Shown: one piece after another, positions 1 through 7,208 of the stretch
Position numbering within the stretch: the stretch's first letter is position 1
Layout of the letters: each line of letters opens with the position of its first letter
Origin: Andalucia godoyi And28
Taxonomy: Eukaryota > Protista > Jakobida
Length of the DNA stretch: 64,000 bases
Direction: 5' to 3'
Assembly: GCA_009859145.1 (NCBI GenBank)
Contig: VRVR01000042.1
Coordinates: 62,001-126,000 of the forward strand
Notes under the pieces: generated by a model
Database searches by the model: none
Seen by the model: the letters and a program-made list of their open reading frames with translations, nothing else
Told to the model about the DNA's origin: nothing
Program-made: the position numbers and the translations under genes

Positions 1-16
1 TGTTTTTTTCATCATT

Positions 17-205
17 GAACTCTCAAGCAGCACCTTTCATCAGAGACAAAACATCGCATGGCTCCAAAGAGGGATCTTCCCAGCCAACTCACATCGGCCA
101 TGCTCGAAGATGCTGAGACCCAAGAAACCTGTTGATTCCCCCGTCTCGTCGGAGGCGGAGAGCAACAAGAAGAAGCGATGACCCTTTTGATGCAGAGCAA
201 TCTGT
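17..205 (+). repeat. Dispersed repeat, copy 1 (related to 42190-42572, opposite strand)
   Basis: 17-149 aligns by eye at roughly 80% identity to the reverse complement of 42435-42570. 175-200 (gcgatgacccttttgatgcagagcaa) matches the reverse complement of about 42205-42232. Confidence 0.85.
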
Positions 206-636
206 CTTCGGTGGCAGCTTACCCGATGATGATGATCAATAGTGATTCATGTTTTTGGCAAGTGGCTGGGACTGCGGGTACGCTAGGCAGAGCATCGGGT
301 GTTTGGAAATCTTTAGATGTATTGTATAATAATAATGATTATTATTTTTACAGTATGAAGAATCGTGTCTCAGAGGAAACCAGAAAAGGTGCTGTGATGT
401 GCGTGCATGGGGAAACACTCGGGAGAAATTCGACGTGTGGGTTGGTTTTTCGGAGCGGTTGTTGCGCAAGGGCCGTTCTGCACGGTGCGCCGTCATTTGC
501 ATCTCATGCTTGGTCGCAACAAGGCTCTGGGTGCACTCTGGGTGGTCGAGACGGGGGGATTTGTTTACAAACACGCTTCGTTACTGGTGTGCATCACTAC
601 TACATCAACATCATCTAATGCATCAGAAACGCGCAA

Positions 637-1203
637 CTAGTTGCACAAGGTAGGCTTGGTGAAAAGCGCTGGGTCCGGGATCTGCGGCGCAAAGTCTGCA
701 AAGTCAAACTGAATGGTGCGTTCGGTACTGACGATCGTCTCGCGGACAGGATAGCTTGTTCCCTGCAGAGTGTACAGTGTGAGAGCACTCTGTGTCAGCT
801 CCCATACGTCGCACTTCCGTCCATTGATGTCGATGTTTCCACCAAAGGTTGAAAACGGCACCCATCCAAACAAGGATCCTGGCTTTCCAGTAATGTCGCG
901 AATGTTGCAGCTCTCTGTCGTAACGTCCGCGATGTACTCCTTCATCAGATCGCCTCGAGAAAGATCCGTGCGGATCAGCGTCGTATGCTGAGCAGTGTCA
1001 TAGTAGAACCACACAAACGCAGGAATCGTGGAGCTCTGGGCGATCCGCGTGTAGAACTCCGCAGTGACATTCGGTTGTATCAGCGTAAACGTCACGGTGC
1101 TAGAAAAGTCACTCGGCATCCCGGGCGGCGTCGGCGAGCTCAGCACAGCGCATCCGTTCAGCAACACCACAGCAGCAACCAGTAAAACAATTCTCATCAT
1201 CAT
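637..1203 (-). CDS. Secreted ependymin-related (EPDR/LolA-fold-like) protein
   Basis: Signal peptide MMMRIVLLVAAVVLLNGCAVLS, beta-rich body, G..CDVW motif and C-terminal PDPALFTKPTLC resembling the ependymin P..F..P..C end. ATG at 1203. Confidence 0.6.
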   Translation of the reverse strand: MMMRIVLLVAAVVLLNGCAVLSSPTPPGMPSDFSSTVTFTLIQPNVTAEFYTRIAQSSTIPAFVWFYYDTAQHTTLIRTDLSRGDLMKEYIADVTTESCNIRDITGKPGSLFGWVPFSTFGGNIDINGRKCDVWELTQSALTLYTLQGTSYPVRETIVSTERTIQFDFADFAPQIPDPALFTKPTLCN

Positions 1204-1609
1204 CGACAATACAGGTGATAACAATTCCTTGTTTTTTTTAATTTTTTCTTCCTTCTTAATGAATCAAGTAATCATTTGTGCTGCTGCTGATTATGAAAGA
1301 AATAATGAAGCACTCGAGTGCCGGAGCCGGAGGAGCTGGCAGGGCCCAAAGCCAGCAACTCCTTCTGAGGGGAGGGTCTTGACCGGGCGACAAGCAGGCG
1401 AGCGTTGACATCCATCGCTTTGCATGTATAAGCAAAGCCCCATTGCATCTCCTTTTCTCAATTGTTCCCAACTGGCTGTCCATGTAAACGACGTTCTACT
1501 CTACTTTACCCACTCACCCAGAAATTTAAAGGTAGTGCTATTATGTTCGCCTTTTTGCATTCACGCCAGTCTACCGTCATTCATTTGGGGTTTTTTGTTT
1601 CACCCCAAC

Positions 1610-2135
1610 AAGAATGATCCTGGAATCTGACGACAGACTCGCATCGAAAACTGGCCCCCCAGCGGTTAACGTAAGCAGCATGACTGCGTCCTGTTGCCAA
1701 AGTTTGAGACATCTAGAATGGTCTTGAAAGAAGGACGGCAAATCAACAACAAGACGGCTCGTCAGATGGTGGTGACGTTGAGGGGGGGTGGTGGGTCACT
1801 TCCAATTCCGAAAAAAAGCCTGTTTCATAAGGCGACGGAATACGCGAGCCGCGAGATCCACGTTGTGAGCGAGGAGTACAACTCCAGAACATGTCGTTTT
1901 GGTGGCGCTATTCGTGAGCGGCTAGGCGGAAAACAAAGTGCTCCGATGCCCGGCATGTCCGGCCCGTCTGGATCGAGATTGAAAGGATGCGCGCAAAAAG
2001 TTTCCATTTGAAGAACGCTTCGGCGAACTGGGGCCTTCTCCCCTTCCTGAATTAAATTCACATTCCGTTCGGATGCAAGACTGAATATGGATTGGTCAGT
2101 GCTTAGTCGTTGGGCCCGACGTGGACGATTGCCAT
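1610..2135 (+). mobile_element. Degenerate Fanzor2/TnpB-like element relic A (3' part plus putative omegaRNA/right end)
   Basis: Frameshifted translation NLTTDSHRKLA / HDCVLLPKFETSRMVLKEGRQINNKTARQM...LFHKATEYASREIHVVSEEYNSRTC..G...LGG / NKVLRCPACPARLDRD*KDAR, with TGA at 1980 in place of Trp. The 3' noncoding segment is shared with three other loci. Confidence 0.85.
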
Positions 2136-2163
2136 TTCAGAGTTCAAAAAAGACAGCTACAAA

Positions 2164-2195
<32 letters not shown>

Positions 2196-2872
2196 GAAGA
2201 AGAAGACACAAGGGTACGAGACACGCAAACCAATGCTCCTATTAAAAAAACTAGTAGCCGCACAGCCAAGAAAGCAGTCGCAAACCGTACTTCTTCGCTT
2301 CTAAGCTTCAAGTCGAGGACCAAGGATGCGGAGAAGCTTACGATTTCCAGCGATCCATGAAACCCTACCAAGGAACTCAGCTGCTTCAGAGACGCTTAGG
2401 CTGATGGGCCTGCGGAGAAAGACATCTTTGCAGACGGCGCTGCCCCCCGTACTTGACAAGCACGATTGGCATAGGATGTTATACTTGATAAGCGGCGAAC
2501 AGCTTCTCGGAGTATTTTACAGTCTCGGATGCGATTCGCATCTTCTTCAGTGGACGGGGGTGCGGAGTGGTCGGCACAAGAGCAGGCGTGTTGCAGGATC
2601 TGCTCGGACGGCAATATGCGTTTGAACATCCGTGTTAGCAGAGTGAAAATGCCGCGTCGCTGTTATGTGCCGTGGTAGCCGCGCACTGGAGATATCGCAT
2701 CGGCCACAAAGCGGTTCTACCAAGTCGAAACGGATATTTAAACAATCAACACTCGTGCTCCTGCGATTTTCTTTCTTTCTTTTTTCCACACTCTCTGCAT
2801 CTCTCTTCACAACGCAAGAAACAAACAAACCAGCAAACGATCTTTGTCGAGCCGCATTCCAAACTTCCAGCA

Positions 2873-3700
2873 ATGACTCCATCATCATCAACTGCAACTG
2901 CAACTGCAACCCCGGCCTTCGCTACGAAGCGCGTCCTCGTCACGGGAGGAAACTCGGGCATTGGCTATGCAATCGCCGAGAAGTTCCTGCAAGAAGGCGC
3001 AACTGTTGCAATCACTGGCCGCCGCGAGGACAAGAACAAGGAAACGGTCGACCAGCTGAACAAGGGCGCCGTCGGTTCCGCAAGGGCCCTGTACATCACT
3101 TCAGACCTCTCCAAGGAGGATCAGATCGAGGTTACAGCAAAGAAGGCAGTCGAGCTTCTTGGGGGACTGGACATCCTCGTGCACAACGCAGGTGTCGGTG
3201 GGTTTGCAGCCGTCGACCAGGCTGCTTCAGCGTACGCTGCCATTATGGATACAAACCTTCGTGCGCCGATCTTGCTGACGTCCTATTTGGTTCCCGAGCT
3301 TCGAAAGAGCGCCAAAGACGGTCACCATCCATCCATCATCTTCATCTCGTCGATTGTCACCGCAATACACGCGAAGAACTTTGGAATCTACAGCGCGTCA
3401 AAGGCAGGTCTGACACACTACGCCAAGACCGCGGCTTATGAACTCACCGCAGATGGCGTCCGGGTCAACATCGTGTCTCCGGGTCCTACTCGGACTCCGA
3501 TATTTTCAGCATCCAGCGGGGCAAACGCAGAAAAGGCAAAGGAGATGTTCGACGAAATAGCAGCGAAGAGCCCGGTTGGTCGGATTGGTGAGCCATCGGA
3601 GATTGCGGACAGTGTGCTGTTCCTCGCATCGGAGAAGGCCCTGTATCTAACTGGATCCGATCTGTTCATTGACGGAGGCTACTCGCTCGTCAGCGCTTGA
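2873..3700 (+). CDS. Short-chain dehydrogenase/reductase (classical SDR, FabG-like)
   Basis: TGGNSGIG NAD(P)-binding motif, NAG, YSASK catalytic YxxxK, VNIVSPGPTRT, GRIGEPSEIA. ATG at 2873. Confidence 0.93.
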   Translation: MTPSSSTATATATPAFATKRVLVTGGNSGIGYAIAEKFLQEGATVAITGRREDKNKETVDQLNKGAVGSARALYITSDLSKEDQIEVTAKKAVELLGGLDILVHNAGVGGFAAVDQAASAYAAIMDTNLRAPILLTSYLVPELRKSAKDGHHPSIIFISSIVTAIHAKNFGIYSASKAGLTHYAKTAAYELTADGVRVNIVSPGPTRTPIFSASSGANAEKAKEMFDEIAAKSPVGRIGEPSEIADSVLFLASEKALYLTGSDLFIDGGYSLVSA

Positions 3701-3929
3701 ACGGCACTTGTCGCGTGTCTGGAAAGCCGTTCTTTGTCTGCGCGCTTTGAACAAACCTCAGCGGTGGTGACATGAAGAGCGGGTGGAAGGCATCTCTGAA
3801 ACGAAACAAGTATTTCGAAATAAAACATCCAAAGTGAAGAAAGAAGAAGAAGAAGAAGAAAACGGTTCGTCCGTCGCTTCTTTCTCTCTCCATGTCCATG
3901 AGCATAGCAGTTAAGCAAGCGTTTGTTGT

Positions 3930-4820
3930 TCATGTAGCACCATCATGTGGAAGACGGAAGTCTTGCAATTCAGCCGGTCTTTCGAACGATCCTGTTTTGG
4001 AAGGAACATGAAAGTAAAAAGGAGCATTCACGGCAGTCGAGTACAGAATTCTCCAATCGGTGCTCACTTGAATGGCCTTCTCTGTCGTTACATCATTGGA
4101 TGAGTTTTCTGCCCTATGGCTCGTCGTCGCAGGTGCAGGTGTCATGCAGGATAGAGCGGAGACGCCGTACGCAGCACTGATTTCCTGGTCCAGGCGTGGC
4201 TTCTTTGCTCTGGATCTTTCCAAGTTCACTACTTCATTTGCACAGTCCTGGAACGACCTCGGCCGTCCAGCATCTGCCGCCGCGTTGTACAGCATCACAA
4301 ATTCACGGTGCCGTCTCGCCATGTCTTCCCGATTCCCTCCCGCAGGCACACAATGGTCGGACAGAAGCTTGCGCAGCTGTTTCTCATTCATGATGGAATA
4401 CACCATGTTCGGCAACTTCTTTGCAACAACCGAATTTCCTGCCGCCCCGTGGTTGCTCCCACCGCCCAACATCGCGCCAATCCCAAAACTCTGGGTCGGC
4501 CCTGTGCACTCCGCAGCGTGCTGCTCAATTCGAGACTTGTCAAACTTCTTTCCGCACATTGGGCAGGGAACATACGATAGCGTCCTTAACTGCGCCAAGA
4601 TCTCATCGACCATCTTCACGGGAACAAGCTGGTGATGTGACGTCCGTGACCTGCATACGGGACACTCCGGATGAGCAGCAGAGGCCTCGGCAAGCGCTCT
4701 GCGGATACAGAGTGCACAGAATACGTGCATGCATGGATAAACCGCAAGTGCAGTCTTTACTGTTTCGTGGCAAATCGGACACTCGACAATGGACTGGACA
4801 GCCTCCATTGCTGCGCACAT
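3930..4820 (-). CDS. RAD18: RAD18-like E3 ubiquitin ligase (RING, UBZ4, SAP) with C-terminal WW-like domain
   Basis: C3HC4 RING (CPIC...CMHVFCALC...CPVC), UBZ (VPCPMC...IEQHAAEC), SAP region KKLPNMVYSIMNEKQLRKLL...RHREFVMLYNA. Start at ATG 4820 or 4808. Confidence 0.85.
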   Translation of the reverse strand: MCAAMEAVQSIVECPICHETVKTALAVYPCMHVFCALCIRRALAEASAAHPECPVCRSRTSHHQLVPVKMVDEILAQLRTLSYVPCPMCGKKFDKSRIEQHAAECTGPTQSFGIGAMLGGGSNHGAAGNSVVAKKLPNMVYSIMNEKQLRKLLSDHCVPAGGNREDMARRHREFVMLYNAAADAGRPRSFQDCANEVVNLERSRAKKPRLDQEISAAYGVSALSCMTPAPATTSHRAENSSNDVTTEKAIQVSTDWRILYSTAVNAPFYFHVPSKTGSFERPAELQDFRLPHDGAT

Positions 4821-5126
4821 AGCCGCACAGTGCAGAAGGAGAGGGTGGTGGGAAAGGAGGGGGGAGACTAAAAAGTGAAAAAAGTGAGGAATAAAAATGA
4901 ATACATATACACCTATGTATGTGCACAAATAATGAAAGGCCTACGAATAGTGAATCACAGGAATTTTTCGAGGCAAAAATTGAAGAGTGCGACAGGTCAT
5001 TTGCACGTGCTTGTACCTGCGGTAGCTATTCATCTGTCTATTGCGAATCCACTTATTTTTATTTTCAGCTGTGAGTGGTAAAGGCACACCGCGCACGAAA
5101 CACGAATTACAATACAAAACAGAGGC

Positions 5127-6767
5127 CTACAAGAGGGTCCATTCCGACTTGAACGACAGAATATGAAGAGCATAGACGGCTCCCAATGAAGGGACCACCG
5201 GTTGCGAGCAAATGTCCTCGGAAACATCGGAAAGCACAACACAGATTTTGATCTTCTGCGAGTCGTGCTGCGACACCTCGACGCTGAGAACATAGTCATC
5301 TGTGACCTCGACGTGGACTTTCATCTTGTGCGCATGGGCGATCGCATCTTGTTGCATTCCGGGCTCGGGGACATAGATCTTGAACACGAGAACATCGAGA
5401 TCCGGCCGGGACGTATCGTACATGGGAATCACCGAGCCCTTTTGGACGAACACTGGAAATGAGGTCAACTGCGAATAGTCAAGTCGTTGGGTGGAGCCAC
5501 CACCGTATGACTTTGAAGTATTGAAGTAGTCAACCCAGGAGTCGGCGTGCGTAGGAAAGTACACAGAAATGGATGACGCATCCTCGTCGACAATCGGTGC
5601 AACAAGAATCTGGCTGCCAAGCATGTATTCGTACTGGTAATCGATCGGTTTAACAATCGATGAGCCGTCATACCAAGCTGCGGTGCCGGCTGCATACAGG
5701 TACGGGCTCAGCTGATAATGGATGTCAACAAACGACGCGTAAATCTTTAGCGTTTCTGCATCGAATTCCCACGGTCGGTGCTCGCCAGCCCCGCCGTTCT
5801 CAAACAAGGGGCAAAATGCAGAGAACTGGGCCCATCGCACAAATACAGTCTTTGTCCTCCCAAGAGGGCCATACTTTTCTGTGCTGCTTCGGTATCCGCC
5901 AGTGTCGGTTCCAAAACTCACATAATTATGCTTTGCGGAATCCAAAAAGTTGCCAAGCGCAACTTTCAATCCTCCGAAATCTGGGTCCTGGTCGCCCACC
6001 CAGCCGGAGAACAGTGAATACCGAGGCGAAAACTCAAAGTGGGTAAGCCCCGTTCCCGCAGGAAGGCAGTCCACTGGCCTGCTCATAAGAATGGCACCCA
6101 GCGGCCCACCTTGCTTTTGCGAGACGGTGTAGTTCCACAGTCCCCCATAGTACAAGTTCTTGTACTTATCCCAGGACTCTTTGGCCCAATCTGACGGATA
6201 CAACATAATGTACGGATCGCCCGCGTCTGCTTTAAACCCATCGAGCCCAACATCGATCCCCTTCTGCACCTGCGAGTACCACCAAGCAGCCGCAGCAGGA
6301 TTCTCGAGATCGACAAGATTCCCCGTACCATGCCACCACTTCAGGGGTTCATCCGGCTTGATCAGCACTCCCTTGGCCTTTGCTTCTGCAAAGTTTGGCG
6401 AATCTGTGTCGATAAAAGACGTCAACCACGCAATGACCTTGATTCCACGCGAATGGAAATCCGCAATCATCGACTTTGCATCTGGAAACTTGGTGCTGTC
6501 GAACAAAAAGTCGTTGAATCCAGTTGCCCATTTTGAATCAATGTTGTACAAGCCCACCCGAATGTTGCGCGAGAGGTATCCTTCCACCAAATCAACCGCA
6601 GACTGCTGTGTGTTGTTCGAATTGTGATTCCAGACCCAGTGTGTGTGCACAGTCTCTGAATAAACCGGATCCAAGCACACGGATCCACACGGACGAACCA
6701 AAAAGCCGCGCCCGAGAGCTCCCGAAAACGCACCCACGCACAGCAAAAGACCAAACACCACGCTCAT
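5127..6767 (-). CDS. Secreted glycoside hydrolase family 31 protein
   Basis: Signal peptide; IDSKW, KFPD..M...FH..GIKV..W, nucleophile motif DGFKADAGD, acid/base WVGDQ, GTDTGGY, VRWAQFSAFCPLF, YEYMLGSQILVAP. Confidence 0.9.
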   Translation of the reverse strand: MSVVFGLLLCVGAFSGALGRGFLVRPCGSVCLDPVYSETVHTHWVWNHNSNNTQQSAVDLVEGYLSRNIRVGLYNIDSKWATGFNDFLFDSTKFPDAKSMIADFHSRGIKVIAWLTSFIDTDSPNFAEAKAKGVLIKPDEPLKWWHGTGNLVDLENPAAAAWWYSQVQKGIDVGLDGFKADAGDPYIMLYPSDWAKESWDKYKNLYYGGLWNYTVSQKQGGPLGAILMSRPVDCLPAGTGLTHFEFSPRYSLFSGWVGDQDPDFGGLKVALGNFLDSAKHNYVSFGTDTGGYRSSTEKYGPLGRTKTVFVRWAQFSAFCPLFENGGAGEHRPWEFDAETLKIYASFVDIHYQLSPYLYAAGTAAWYDGSSIVKPIDYQYEYMLGSQILVAPIVDEDASSISVYFPTHADSWVDYFNTSKSYGGGSTQRLDYSQLTSFPVFVQKGSVIPMYDTSRPDLDVLVFKIYVPEPGMQQDAIAHAHKMKVHVEVTDDYVLSVEVSQHDSQKIKICVVLSDVSEDICSQPVVPSLGAVYALHILSFKSEWTLL

Positions 6768-7208
6768 TCGCAATGTCTTTTTTCAAAATTCTCTGGCCTT
6801 TATTTATTATTATTTTTTATTCGATTCCAAAACCAAATTAATTAATTATAATAAATCCAGGATACAATCAAAGAACGGGAATGAATCACGGGAGGCAAAC
6901 CCAACCACAGAACTCGGAAAGCAGGACAGGAATGCTTCCAGTCGTAGTGTAGGACTGGATACTCGAATGCAACGAGGAGGGCCCATGCGTGTGTGTGGTC
7001 AGTGTCTTGTTGCTTGGTGAGAGGGGAGAGAGAGAGAGAGAGCGACTGACTACAGACTAGATAATGAGTTGCGAACTGCAAAAGCACTCCGCTCTCGGGT
7101 CGGTAATTTCTTGTTGGGTTTTTTAATTCTTGTTTTTTTTTTTTTTTTGGTTTGACGGTTCTCTCATCTTGTCTTGTGTTTTTTTGCGAGTGAGTGGGAG
7201 AGAGGAAG

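Noticed and set aside
17-205. The MAPKR repeat as the left end of the Fanzor element
   Set aside because: An intact host gene lies between it and relic A, and the second copy at 42.2-42.6 kb has no Fanzor remnant nearby.
1430-1610. Possible IS607 serine recombinase (TnpA) or element left end upstream of Fanzor relic A
   Set aside because: No recombinase motif (e.g. YARVS) is readable in any frame here or upstream of the other relics, and the left flanks of the four copies share no sequence.
1980-1982. TGA at a Trp position as evidence for a variant genetic code
   Set aside because: Other relics have TGG here, and many well-supported genes in the window end in TGA, so this is pseudogene decay.
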